A stretch of DNA of 63,921 nucleotides, the filler included, from Octopus bimaculoides (lineage: Eukaryota): the NCBI RefSeq assembly GCF_001194135.2. It is 7 parts of 6 records of this genome, joined end to end, with 100 filler letters (N's around TTAATTAATTAA, not from the genome) between each part and the next. Parts side by side here need not be neighbours in the genome. Positions count along the whole stretch, not along the records: positions 1 to 26,292 come from NC_069005.1; 6 more parts are not named here. One strand, 5' to 3'. The position numbers were made by a program, and so were the translations under genes. The notes under the pieces are model-generated. The model was given only the letters and a program-made list of their open reading frames with translations. It made no database searches and had not been told where the DNA came from. Numbering within the stretch: position 1 is the first letter of the stretch; each line of letters starts with the position of its first letter. Shown piece by piece: positions 1 through 13,039 of the stretch.

Positions 1-295
1 CTCTGTCAGACTTATTCTCCATCTTCATCTCTGTCCAACTGCTTCATCTCTCTGTCCCTCTCTCTCTGGGACTCTATACATTTCTGCTGACCATATCTTT
101 CTCTCTGTCAGACTTATTCCCATCTTCTTTCTGCTGACCATAGCTTTCTCTGTCAGACTTATTCTCCATCTTCATCTCTGTCCAACTGCTTCATCTCTCT
201 GTCCCTCTCTCTCTGGGACTCTATGCGTTTCTGCTGACCATAGCTTTCTGTCTGTCAGACTTATTCTTCATCTTCATCTCACTCGACTGGCCCCA
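1..295. repeat. Pyrimidine-rich minisatellite (about 102-bp unit plus a 45-bp deleted unit), runs into a gap
   Basis: Near-identical TCTGTCAGACTTATTC unit starts recur at about 1, 103, 148 and 250. Confidence 0.9.
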
Positions 296-685
296 NNNNN
301 NNNNNNNNNNNNNNNNNNNNNNNNNNNNNNNNNNNNNNNNNNNNNNNNNNNNNNNNNNNNNNNNNNNNNNNNNNNNNNNNNNNNNNNNNNNNNNNNNNNN
401 NNNNNNNNNNNNNNNNNNNNNNNNNNNNNNNNNNNNNNNNNNNNNNNNNNNNNNNNNNNNNNNNNNNNNNNNNNNNNNNNNNNNNNNNNNNNNNNNNNNN
501 NNNNNNNNNNNNNNNNNNNNNNNNNNNNNNNNNNNNNNNNNNNNNNNNNNNNNNNNNNNNNNNNNNNNNNNNNNNNNNNNNNNNNNNNNNNNNNNNNNNN
601 NNNNNNNNNNNNNNNNNNNNNNNNNNNNNNNNNNNNNNNNNNNNNNNNNNNNNNNNNNNNNNNNNNNNNNNNNNNNNNNNNNNNN

Positions 686-2392
686 GGTACTTGCCCGCAC
701 TTTGTTAGAACGTTTAAATACCTTCATAGTTCCAAATATAGTGTCTGAGTCTCAGTGTGGTTTTCGTTCCTCCAGCGGCACAGCTGATTGTATCTTTACT
801 ATAAGACAATTGTAAGACAAGTGCATTGAACAGAATCTTGCTCTATATTATTGCTTTGTTGATTTGAGCAAAGCATTTGATACTGTTAATCGAAATGCTC
901 TGTGGCTAATTCTAAGAAAAATAGGTTGTCTAGAAAAATTTGTAAGCATGATCAGAACTTTGCATCAAAATATGAAAACTAGAGTTAACTTTGGTGGCAG
1001 GCTCTCTGAATCTTTTGCCGCGGAAAATGGAGTAAAGCAGGGAAACTTTGATGCACCCCACACTCTTTGCAATATACTTTGCTGTTGTGTTGTCACACGC
1101 TTTTCAAAACTCTGAGGAGAGTATTTATATAAAATATCGAAAAACAGGGAATGTTTTTAATCTGACCAAACTGAAATTCAAAGCGAAGGTTTTTACTTCA
1201 CTCATCAAGAAACTTTTATACGCTGACGATTGCGATCTTGTCAGTCATTCTGAAACAGGTCTGCAATCTCTTGTATCTGCATCTGACTCAGCTTCTGATG
1301 ATTTTGGCTTGACCATCAATCTGAAAAAAACAGTTGTAATGCATCAACCTGCATGTGCTGCTGTTTGTAATCCCGCTAAAATTTTTAAGGTTAAGTTACT
1401 TGAAGTTGTCGATTCGTTCATCTACTTTGTACAAAATGATTCTTGATACAGAAATACATCTGCGAATTCAAAAGGCAACAAAAGCATTTGGTGGCTTGGA
1501 GTCACGCGTTTGGTGACAGCAATGTATAAATAAGAATACAAAGCTGGTTCTTTACAAATCATTTGTCTTACCATCCCTGTTGTATTATTGTGAAACATGG
1601 ACTTGTTATGAAAGGCATTTTAAACTGTTAGAACAATTCCACCAAAAATGCCTTCATCGAATTTTAAACATTAAATGGAGTTATTTTACTCCAAACACAG
1701 ATATCCTTGCATCTGCAGGCATATATTCAATTAATGCTATGATTTTGAGAAACCAAATGAGATGGTGTAGCCATATTATTCGAATGGTCGATGAACGCAT
1801 GCCCAAACAGCTGTTTATGGTGAGCTTGCAGAGGGAAACGCTATCGGGTTAAACCTTTAAAAAAGGGTTTAAGGACGGCGGAAGGACTACTATGAAGTCA
1901 CTTGGCATGGATGCAGAGGACATAGAAACCCCTGCTTCGGGAGTGAAAGCGTTTTAAGAGGCCAGGATAACGCATGCAATACTCAAAAGAGATTTAAGGA
2001 AGAATGTTACGATCGAGGTGAATCACAATGACCTTTTTGTGTGCTTAGTTTGTGACAGACTATGCCTTTCTTTTGCTGGGCTCAAATCTCATTTGTGAAC
2101 CCATGGAAAACGAATCTCCACCAATTATTCTGCCTATGTGTCTGTGCACACCTTTAAATGTAGTGTATGCTAGAAGGTTTGCTAATCTAACGAAGGCCTC
2201 AAAAGATATTTTAAGATTCACAAAGATCAGAACTTATCTGCAGCTCTTGGTGGTCCAAATCGGATGTGCAATTTATGTGGGTGTCTCGTCAGAACATTGT
2301 CTGGTTTAAAAAGCCACATCAGATGCCATGATAGTTCTAAGGTGTAGTTACAGGAGGTGGTCAAACTCAGCATAAGGAGTAGACAACCACCA
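686..2392 (+). mobile_element. Decayed RTE-clade non-LTR retrotransposon (RT to 3' end) with C-terminal C2H2 fingers
   Basis: Translated motifs SQCGFR, FVDLSKAFDTVNR, GVKQG, LLYADD (1219-1230), GLTINLKKT, LLYYCETW and MRWCSHIIRM..RMPKQL, broken by stops and frameshifts. An RTE-like short 3' tail follows at 2350-2392. Confidence 0.9.
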
Positions 2393-2394
2393 TA

Positions 2395-2395
2395 T

Positions 2396-2433
<38 letters not shown>

Positions 2434-2478
2434 TTACACATACACACGTANNNNNNNNNNNNNNNNNNNNNNNNNNNN

Positions 2479-2513
<35 letters not shown>

Positions 2514-2612
2514 TTACACATACACACGTACACATGTACACACGCACATATGTATGTATGTATATATATATGTATGTATGCATGTATGTATGTATGTATG
2601 TATGTATGTATA
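2395..2612. repeat. (TA)n/(TATG)n compound microsatellite with duplicated gap flanks
   Basis: Direct reading; the same block occurs on both sides of the 29-N gap. Confidence 0.95.
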
Positions 2613-3379
2613 TGGGTTGTGAAGGTGTGTATATGTATATAATGGCTAAAAAAATGGATCCCAAGACTACAGATGAAACTATTAAATAACATATATTACT
2701 TTGCATATACTGGCTCCACCTGGAATATAATCACCAGCACAAATAAACCCATTTGAAATAATCAGGGACGATTGATTTCTACATTCATCAATTGGAACAA
2801 CAGGAACAGCGGCTTTGAGAAGAACATCGGAACTGGATTCTTGGACTAATAGAAGAAACAAATGAGTTTCGGTTAGTTAGTGTCTTGGGGGTTGATTTTG
2901 GTATTTGAAAATGTAAAATAAACAAATAAATGGACAAACAAATTCATTGAGCATATATTGTTACCAATATATATAAAACTCTGGTTGTTGGCTCATTTGA
3001 TGCATGACGGAGTTTAACAGAGCTGTCCTCATCTGGTATCATGGATACCACATTTACATCGTATAGGTTTTTTAATTTTGTTTTGGCAGAGCATTGAAGA
3101 GCTGTGGGCATTTAAACCCTAAACTACTGCATTACCTGGTCATGACTTTAGATAGGCTGAACAGTGCTTTTGGTACAACGCAATGGCATCTAATTCGATC
3201 ATCTGTATAACACTCGATGCTGAAATTAGGTACTATCTCTTTCAAAAGTTTTCAGATGTAGATTATGACATATCTCGCACATCTTCACTTCAGGAAGTAA
3301 AGTCATTGTTTTTTTTTTTTTGCCTCTCTCTGTTGTTTATCTGCTACACTGTGTTATAATCTTTAGTTTGTTTTCGCTC

Positions 3380-5060
3380 TATGTTGTGACCACTGCTGAG
3401 AGCAGCAGTCCAGGCGGTTAGGAACAAAGGTCTTCCACAAGGTAAACTAGACTTCTTTTGTCTCTTGTCATGAAGGATATTGGCATCCATCCTGCTAATT
3501 GTTTGCACTATGTTGCCATCTTGGTAATATGCATATGAAATGATGCATCGTTACACACACTGATTTACAAGTCTCACTGTGTGTGACTCTGGGGTCCTGT
3601 ATATGCAAGTTGTGTTGTATTTATGAGCAGATAGCACAGTGCTTGAACTTTTCCAGAATTAAACTGCATGTTGTTTTCTTCAGCCCACTTGTACATTGCA
3701 TTCAGGTCCCCCTTTAAGCTTACGATATCGTTACGGTTCTTTATTGCTTGTAGCAGTCACTATCTGAGTGACTATGGGCATGTCTAAAAGAGTTACTATA
3801 AACAGTTTTGGCCCCGATACAGTTCCCTAGGGGACGGCACTCAGAAATTGCGTTTCCTTGGAGAGAGCACATTTGACTGCAACTGCCTAACTTCTACCTT
3901 TCAAGAAATCATGCAGCCACTCTCCCACTTTACTAGCTATGCCAAGATCTTGCAGCATTTGACATATTATGCTATGATCCACCTTGTCAAAGGCCTTTGC
4001 GAAGTCAAGATGTATCACATAGACATTTAAATGGCCGAGCAGCTGCTTTAAGATTCAGTCATAGCTGTGTGAGGCAGCTTCTTCCTGGACGGAAATCATA
4101 CTGAGCATCGTTCAATAAGTCATTTACTTCTAGGAACGTTATCATTTGCTTCCTGACGAATCGTTCGATAACTTTTCTGTTATGTTAAGTCGGAGAGATG
4201 TGCCTGTAGTTTTTAGCCTCTATTCTGCTCCCGCCTTTATGGATAGGGCATATAATGCCTTCTTTTATTTATTTATTTATTTTTTTTGGAAGTTTTACCA
4301 CTTGCAAGGAAACCGTGGTATGAAGTGGTTTCGTTAAAGCCTTCTTAGATGACTTCAGAAGAATAGATGAGAAGCCATCGAGACCAGTTGGTGAGTTAAG
4401 CTCCGTTTTTCAATGACAGCTGTTACATCTGACTTCTCAATGCTGATATAATCAATAGTTGTCGCTTTCGACTGTAGAGCTGTAATTCAGCCGGGTATTT
4501 TTACCTGAAATTGTTCACAGAACACTACACTTATTCTTTTAGAGTCCGCGGTCAGTGAGCTATTCCCTTGAAGTGACGATCCTATTTTGTACTGTACTGT
4601 GGATGGTTATTTTGCAAATTTATTGAAAGGTTTGCGGGTTTGCTTTTATGGTTTCCGCAGCTCTGTTTTCTCCGTTCTTCCTTTTTCATAGGAGACTTTG
4701 ATTGTGCCTTTAATTTCCAGGAGTGTCCGTCTTAAGTTTAGACTTTTCACCATCTTTCAGTTACCTACTTAGCTAGTTTGAGACCTCTGTTCTGCATCTC
4801 AAAGACTTTCCTGTCACTTATTTCTAGATATACTGGCCTTTCTTTCTGAGGCATATTTAGTGCACTTTATGGATAATGTTCGTATTATTTGTGAAGTGGA
4901 GATCCAAGATGCTGTTACCACTGACTGGCTGGAATATCACTCTCTCCATGAAGAGCATATTAGAAAGTTCAAGCTTGTCAATACCTCTTCTATATGTCTG
5001 AGGCTATCTTCGAATTTACCATAATGTTTCGAGGCACTTTATGGAAGATATGTTGTGCAT
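3380..5060 (-). mobile_element. Decayed CR1/L2-group LINE reverse transcriptase
   Basis: Minus-strand motifs in correct RT order: GLDGFSSILLK (~4340-4385), QYDFRPGRSCLTQL (~4070-4110), LDFAKAFDKVDHS (3971-4009), VP*GTVSGP (~3810-3840), GDLNAMYKWAEENNMQFNSGK (~3650-3715). Confidence 0.85.
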
Positions 5061-5104
5061 GCAACTTCAATCTGCTTTGTGTTTGTGTGTGTGTGTGTGT
5101 GTAG

Positions 5105-5600
5105 TTTGAAAGTACACAAAAATAAAACAAAGACATGGTCAGAACAACAAACAGGGTATATTAATTTGACGCTCAGGAAAAGTGGAAGAATTCTTTGAAG
5201 TTTCGAGCCGACGCTCTTCTACAGAAAAAAAAATAGGAAAGAAAACAGGAGAGAGAGAAAAACAATGGAGAAAAAAATGTGTCTGAATTAACGGTGCAAG
5301 AACAACGCCCTTTAACCAATGATAGGCGCCTTTTCTGCAAATTTTTGTGTAATGCTTTCAATTAACAACAATACTCCGCATTAACAGTCTCATTTTGGTT
5401 TAAGACTTCATGATATCCTTTATATACAACCAAAAACAGCATAATTTTTTAGAGTATAGTCCTGGTTTGGGGGTGAATTCGCCTTTTAAATTGAATGCTA
5501 ACCATTGTCGTTTTCGTTGGATATGATTATAGCGAACCCACATTCCATCACTTGTGATGATATCATTTAGGAAAGTTTTGGCAGGAAATCTATTCTTCAG
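5105..5600 (-). mobile_element. Probable Penelope-like element 3' remnant with degenerate hammerhead motif
   Basis: Minus strand 5224-5200 reads CTGTAGA-A-GAGC-GTCG-GCTC-GAAAC (hammerhead-like core, perfect 4-bp stem II). Family assignment is from recall. Confidence 0.35.
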
Positions 5601-5960
5601 TGACGAGCAGAGGGCGACTCTTTGATAAATCTAAGAAGCAATCAGATGATAAGGGAGCAACGGGCCAAGTTCGGACCATTTTCGTAGTTTACGATGTTTT
5701 ATGATGAAAGTATGACTTGAATTGTTTTGTTAATTCTCGTACAGTTTGCTTTGAAGATTCCTCAACTACAGTTTCCAGAACTCAATATTGACTGATCACT
5801 GTCATCCAGTACGAGGGGAAACTGCGATAGAAACATTTCCCGAGTGAAATTGGTCAAACTATCGTTCGCCTATCCGAACACTTACGAAGTAATACCAAAA
5901 AGGAGTGCTGATTCCAATATTTGGGATACTTGACTGAACTGTAGAAGAAATCCACTCCAG

Positions 5961-7244
<1,284 letters not shown>

Positions 7245-7549
7245 CATTTCAATAGACTGAACAAATATTTCTTGCAATTTCCATTCATGAAGAGCTCCTT
7301 ATGAATTCATAGAGCATGTAGGATTTTATACAGGCCTGATCTAAATTCATTTTAAAAGGTTCAAATCGACACGAATTTAACCGATATGGTATAAAGTAAT
7401 CTGCAAAGAAAGAAAGAACAGTAAAATGTGAAAAATAATGCTTATTTATCCGTAAGTATTGTAAAAGTACTCTCAAAAGGATCATGTCAAAATGCAACAG
7501 GACTTTATTTCCAACCTAATATATATTCATAGCATTAGATATAACTTAC

Positions 7550-7684
7550 GGCCAGTTCTTCCCCATCCAGCAATGATACAGGTTTTATTGTCAAAGACGT
7601 CAGATTCGGCAGCCATGTCAACTGGAAAAACACACTCTACATTTTCCAAAGGCTTTTCAAGTCTTAAAAGGCCAATATCATTTT
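7550..7684 (-). CDS. Trypsin-like (peptidase S1) serine protease, internal exon with catalytic Asp102 region
   Basis: Acceptor TTTCAG, then (E)NDIGLLRLEKPLENVECVFPVDMAAESDVFDNKTCIIAGWGRTG, then donor GTAAGT. 135 nt, phase 1-1. NDI.LL.L and C..AGWG are S1 hallmarks. Confidence 0.9.
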
Positions 7685-8079
7685 CTGAAACCAATGATAG
7701 AGATTTTAAAATGAGTTTTTCTTTCTCCAAACAAAAACGATTACCGTACTATTAAGGAATCTCAGTGCCGTTGTTTATTTCATCTCTATCCAATATTTCT
7801 TATAACTGAAAGAATTAGCTGACAGTTATCGTTTTATCTCATTTCTTTGACACATTAACGACTTCGAAACGTCATTTTGAGTTGTTGCTTTTTCGTCACA
7901 GTAACTACATTTATTTTAATTAATCTATTTATTTCGATTACTCGTTACCGATGCAGAACCCGAGTGGTTTCGTTCGATTGTAGATTTCATCTCTTTGTTT
8001 ATTTGTTTGCCTACTTTATGATTTATTCGTCCCTGCTACTTAAGGAAAAACCCTTTTTCATTAAAAATTATACTTTTAT

Positions 8080-8250
8080 TTTTACTTGTTTCAGTATTTA
8101 GATTGCGGTCATATTGGGGCATCACTTTGAAGAATTTTAGTCGAACGAATCGACTCCAGTACCTATCTTTTTTATAAGCCTATTTTTATATTGCTAAATT
8201 ACGGGAATGCAAACACATCAACACCGGTTTTTATGAGGTGATGGGAGACA
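8080..8250 (-). mobile_element. SINE 3' portion
   Basis: Reverse complement matches the tail seen at 37790-37875 and 60773-60860 (GTACTGG.GTCGATT...GCCCCAGCATGGCCGCAGTC...GACTGAAACAAGTAAAA). Confidence 0.55.
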
Positions 8251-8402
8251 GACATATATACAAATATATATATATATATATTATTTAGTCTTCATAGAAA
8301 TCAGGATAAAATCATGTTAATGATAATATCAAGTGGCCAGCATGGGATAAAACCGTAATTATATATATAAATTATATAATTATATTGAAGGGATCAGGAA
8401 AT

Positions 8403-8850
8403 AATATGCTCCGGCATGCTATAAGAAGACGCCAAAAGGCGCTATAAACTATTGTTAACTCTTTTAATGCATAAGCGCGGAGAATTTTCGCTCCTGATCT
8501 AAATCTCATTGCATGCAAGACTTTTGCGGTTAAAAAATATGCGGCTGAAATGAAAAGTAAAAATTTGACTTTATTTTGAGGCATAAGCTTGGATATTTGC
8601 ACATGGATGTGTGCCTTTGCTTCGTATGGGTATGTATAAATATATGTGATTATGTTTCTTTGAATATTGTGCTGAGAATGGGAAATAAGGTATTTTTACT
8701 GCTTTAATCCTGAAATTGGACCCAATACACAATTTACTGTGAAGTTTTATTTTGTGCTTTTCATTTGCTCGCTTACGACCCTTGTTTTTGTAAAAGTTAA
8801 CAGTGGCTTATAGTACCCTTTGGCGTCTTATAGCATGTTGGAGCAGGTTA
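8403..8850. mobile_element. MITE-like non-autonomous DNA element (about 450 bp, about 60-bp imperfect TIRs)
   Basis: TGCTCCGGCATGCTATAAGAAGACGCCAAAAGG...TGTTAACT (8406-8460) is the inverted match of AGTTAACAGTGG...CCTTTGGCGTCTTATAGCATGTTGGAGCA (8795-8846). Confidence 0.7.
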
Positions 8851-8925
8851 TTTCCTGAACCTTTTAATATAATTATATAATTTATATATATAATTATTAA
8901 TTTTAGTATATATATATATATATAT

Positions 8926-9089
8926 ACGATGAGCTTGCTTCAGTTTCCGTCTACCAAATCCACTCACACGGCCTCGGTAGGCCTGGGGATATAGTAGAAG
9001 ACACTTGCTCAAGGTGCAACGTAGTGGGACTGAATCCAGAACCATGTGGATGGGGAGCAAACGTCTTACCACACAGCACGACTGCACCC
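8926..9089 (-). mobile_element. tRNA-derived SINE (same family as 52742-52905)
   Basis: Reverse complement has A-box/B-box-like head, CCTTGAGCAAGTGTCTT body and TGAGTGGATTTGGTAGACGGAAACTGAA tail. Confidence 0.8.
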
Positions 9090-9302
9090 AGCGACATTTT
9101 TGAAAGTCAAAGAACTATTTAACTGTTTAGTTCTTTATTTTATTTTATTTTAGAAAGCTTGCTTTTTATGTATCAAGTTATTAATTAGTATACTACACAA
9201 CACTAGATGCTTTATATGTTCGGGAAATTATAGTTAAATTAGTGATGCAAGCCAACGAGAAAAATATATATGGTTAGAGAGATAGTTAAACAGACAATAT
9301 AC

Positions 9303-11048
9303 ATATAGATTAGAATAGAAATGAAAAGAGAAACAATTTGACAAGATCTAAGAAGGATATTTAATTTAGCTATATAGTTAAAAGGTCTAACAGCTGTTTC
9401 AAGAATATCCCAGCTGCTGGAACATCGTGCCGAGTGAGGATTCCATAGGCTGCGTATTCCGTCATCAAAGAGGGAGTGGGTAAATAGATGTAACAGTGGA
9501 GGAGCATTACTCATATTATTGTAGTTCATTTTGTTAAGCAAGGGAGAAGAAATCCAATTAAAAATCCAGTTAAAATAGGTATTCATTGGGTAAATCAATG
9601 AACACTTAGTCATTCAAGTTCTTCCACCGGTCTAAGTGTAAAAGAGCTAATATTTCGGATTATCACTAACATCTAGCCGAGGTATACAACTTATTTGGTA
9701 CATACACAGTAGCTCGACTTCCTATCCTTCCTTTTGTAGATCCTCATCATCTCCTTTTATTTGCACACCCTAAGTATAACTATTATAATTTTTTCTCTGT
9801 TGCGGCACCCTCATATTTAATAGGATACCATTAGACCTCTCTTCTCCCCATTCCGAGCTAAATTAGGAATTAATGATTCGCACATAATCATTCGATCCTT
9901 CTAATTCTACTTACCTCTCTGCATACCATAGCATTTATTTTCTTTTGTACTACAGCATTATATTCCCTTCATTCCTTGGTCCCTTTAATCTCACTATACT
10001 TATACTTAGTAATTAAACGTACCTACTCTATCCATTTAATTATTTCATTATTTATTTATCTATATTTACCCTCGTTTAACTTTGGGTGTATCGTCTTAGT
10101 TATATAATCTTATTCCTTAATTCTCAATGGGATTCCCATTAGGATTCTTCATTAATACCACAAGATTCACAAATCTTAATTTTAGTCTTTATTTTCATTT
10201 TCATTTTTATTTTTTATTTTTATTTTTATTATTAATTTTAATTCTAAATTTTAAATATTAAATCTTTTGTTCGCTAGTTAGGCCATCTATTTCTATCATC
10301 ATAACAGCCAAATTAGCCCCGATTCCCCCTTCCTCTTCATTAGTATCAGACTACCTACTACCTACTGCATCAGACTTTTATTATTTTTTTACGACCGCTT
10401 TATTACCTCCACTATCCCTCCCTCTCATTGCTACCCCACTGTCGGTCAAATATCTATCTGCCTTTCCTCATACCTTATCCATTTGTCCTTACACTCGCAC
10501 CCCTAACCTCTCCAGATAAGAGTATCCCTAGGTATCCTGATTAGTATATATCTAATATACAGCATCTATCTGCCTGTCTTCCTCCCACTATAGGGTACCA
10601 TACTCATTCTTCTTTCAGTATTTATCCAACATTGGAATTGCTAACATCTATTTCCCTTCGCCATGGATTATAATCAAACCATTCTCTCTGCTTTAATTCT
10701 ATTAATGGACATTACCGATTTTCTTCATTTGTTCACGGATTTACCTAATGAACACCTATTTTAATTGGATTTTTAATTGGATTTCTCCTCACTTTCTCGG
10801 CAAAATGAACTACAATAATATCCTTGATGAGTAATGTTCCCCCACTGTTACATATGTTTAACTTCTCCTTCTCTCTCTCTCTGATGACGGTATACTCAAC
10901 CTATGGAATCCTCGCTCGATACGATGTTCCACTAGCTGAGATATTCTAGAAACAGCTGTTAGAGACTATGTATACTTTTTTATTATATAGCTAAATTAAA
11001 TGTCCTTACCAAACCATTTGTCTTTTCATTTCTTTTCTAATCTATACC
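9303..11048. mobile_element. Inverted pair of about 300-bp Penelope-type terminal repeats flanking a 1.1-kb interior
   Basis: 9303-9604 is a diverged reverse complement of 10731-11048; both arms carry a hammerhead-like motif. Confidence 0.7.
10876..10965 (+). ncRNA. Type I hammerhead ribozyme-like motif
   Basis: Stem I TCTCT/AGAGA, core CTGATGA (10881-10887), 61-nt stem II region, GAAAC (10949-10953), palindromic stem III AACAGCTGTT, cleavage triplet GUU. Confidence 0.55.
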
Positions 11049-11303
11049 TACCTCCTCGAAGGGAAATCAATTCTAATCGCTTTAGAAAAGCAGTCATAAA
11101 ATCACATGTTCAACTGCAATTCAAACAGAAATGTTTGTGGCATACCAATTTGAGCACTCAGGACGAAAACTCCTCATATCATAACGAACCCCTATATTAC
11201 AGGGAGGTAAAAGAACCAAAACTAGTTGTCACGCAGTGGTGGTGGGATGGGGGACAAACAGATACACAAAGATACACATACATAGATTATATACATACTT
11301 ATA

Positions 11304-11750
11304 TACAGTGTTCGACAAAAAATGTATACACATTTCAGAAAAAGAACGTGTAGAAATAGTTTAAATTTATTCAGACTGTATGGGATTAATACAAGTTACC
11401 GATAAGCTTCTTTTTCAACCTCGTTTTGGCCTTTGTCAACGTTGTTGGCTTAAATTTTTTTATTTTAATTATAATGAAAACTTTTCATAAAAATACCGCA
11501 ACTTTTACTGTTAGTAAAGTGTGATACTGAGAAATTTAGGTTGCACTTGAGCGTATGAAATAGTCAAACAGTCAGTGGGTATATTTTGAGATTAATGACT
11601 CCTTGATGTTATTATGAGCAGCTGTGACAAAAATGGCAAAGGAATTGTTGTCGTTTAAGGAACATAAGAGCATTTTAAAGTGGTATTTCAAATTTCAGAA
11701 TGTTGTTGAAAACCAAGGACAATGAGTTTGGAACAGAACCTCTGACATAC
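11304..11750 (+). mobile_element. Tc1/mariner-superfamily 5' remnant (HTH region)
   Basis: Starts TA-CAGTG (Tc1-like end). Translation FKEHKSILKWYFKFQNVVENQ..FGTEP resembles the N-terminal HTH of such transposases. Confidence 0.45.
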
Positions 11751-11765
11751 CATTAACTGCATGCA

Positions 11766-11990
11766 ACATACAATTAAGTAGAGAATCGTAGAGAAATCTT
11801 TAAACTAGTTGTTGCAGAATAATTCAACAGAAAGGGGTCCAAAGCTTGCCAGATAGCTGGAAAACTTCAGATCTGGAATTAAGTAGTGCAGCGGAATTCC
11901 TTGATCTAAAATGTATGTGCGATCTTTCGATTACGCATAAGTTGCATTTCTTAGATACATTTCTCTACGATTCTCTACTTCATTGTATGT
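11766..11990. mobile_element. MITE-like element with 32-bp inverted repeats
   Basis: 11766-11797 and the reverse complement of 11959-11990 match at 31 of 32 positions. Confidence 0.75.
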
Positions 11991-12329
11991 GGTGTGCAGC
12001 TGGTTTTCAAACTCCGTGTGTAGCTAGCTAACTCAGTGACTTTACCATTGTCGATATTTCGGAAGGAATATATANNNNNNNNNNNNNNNNNNNNNNNNNN
12101 NNNNNNNNNNNNNNNNNNNNNNNNNNNGTAGTTTTATTTTTATAACGTGCTTTCACTTCACTACCGAGCGCAGCTCTGTATGCCTTGGGTATGTGCTGTG
12201 GTTTGCTGTGATGCTCTTATGGTTACTGTATTCAAAGTGTTTTGCGTAGGATGTGTGCAGTACCCAGTAGTGCAATTTTCTGTATGTTATATATATTTGT
12301 AAGTCCTGGTGTTTTTGTTATGTATTTAT

Positions 12330-12534
12330 AATCCTTTGCACAAAGCCCGAAATTTAGGGGAGGGGGTAAGTCGATTACATTGACCCCAGCGTTTCACTGG
12401 TACTTAATTTATCGACCCCGAAAGGATGAAAGGCAAAGTCGACTTCGGCAGAATTTGAACTCAGAACGTAGCGACACACGAAATATCGCTAAGCATTTCG
12501 TCCGGCGTGCTAACGATTCTGCCAGCTCGCCGCC
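12330..12534 (-). mobile_element. tRNA-derived SINE (GGCGGCGAGCTGGCAGAATCGTTAG family), full length
   Basis: Minus strand: A-box TGGCAGAATCGTTAG, B-box GAGTTCAAATTC, body GTCGACTTTGCCTTTCATCCTTTCGGGGTCGATAAATTAAGTACCAGT. Confidence 0.9.
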
Positions 12535-12536
12535 TT

Positions 12537-12555
12537 AATAATAATAATAATAATG

Positions 12556-12615
<60 letters not shown>
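12537..12615. repeat. (AAT)n microsatellite
   Basis: Direct reading. Confidence 0.98.
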
Positions 12616-12618
<3 letters not shown>

Positions 12619-12840
12619 GCCCTGATGCAGTACCAGACAGTGGCTCTCATGACTTCTGATCTTAATTGATTGGAAGTGTTTTGTCTAGGTATAAAAGATG
12701 GGCTACAGCAAATACTCTGCTTAATACCACAGATTTGCTTGTCAGTTGTTTGACCTTAACCAGTTGAGCATGTCCCTTAGTGGCTGATGATATGTGCATC
12801 TCTGATCACGAGCAGAAGTAGTCGGGGAGCATCATGGATC
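12616..12840 (+). repeat. Interspersed repeat, unclassified; second longer copy at 13951-14450
   Basis: Shared ATAAAAGATGGGCTACAG...GTCAGTTGTTTGACCTTAACCAGTTG...TGATCACGAGCAG. The part near 14190-14260 also recurs at about 60095-60165. Confidence 0.7.
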
Positions 12841-13039
12841 AAGGATAGCGAACGAGAAGCATCAGGAAAGGTATTCACAGAGACAATATGACGGGAAGTG
12901 TGAGATGTACGGTGAAAGAGAAGGGACGAGTGTCTATATGTAGTTTCAGATTGCCCAAAACTAGCATGGAAGGACTGGAGACATGGTAGGTTGGTGAGTG
13001 TCGTGCATTGGGAAATCTGTAAGATGTAGAAATTTTCTC

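Noticed and set aside
11570-11660. Minus-strand FVTAAHN as the missing His57 exon
   Set aside because: No Cys after His, lies 3' of the 23141 exon (wrong order) and sits inside a Tc1-like remnant.
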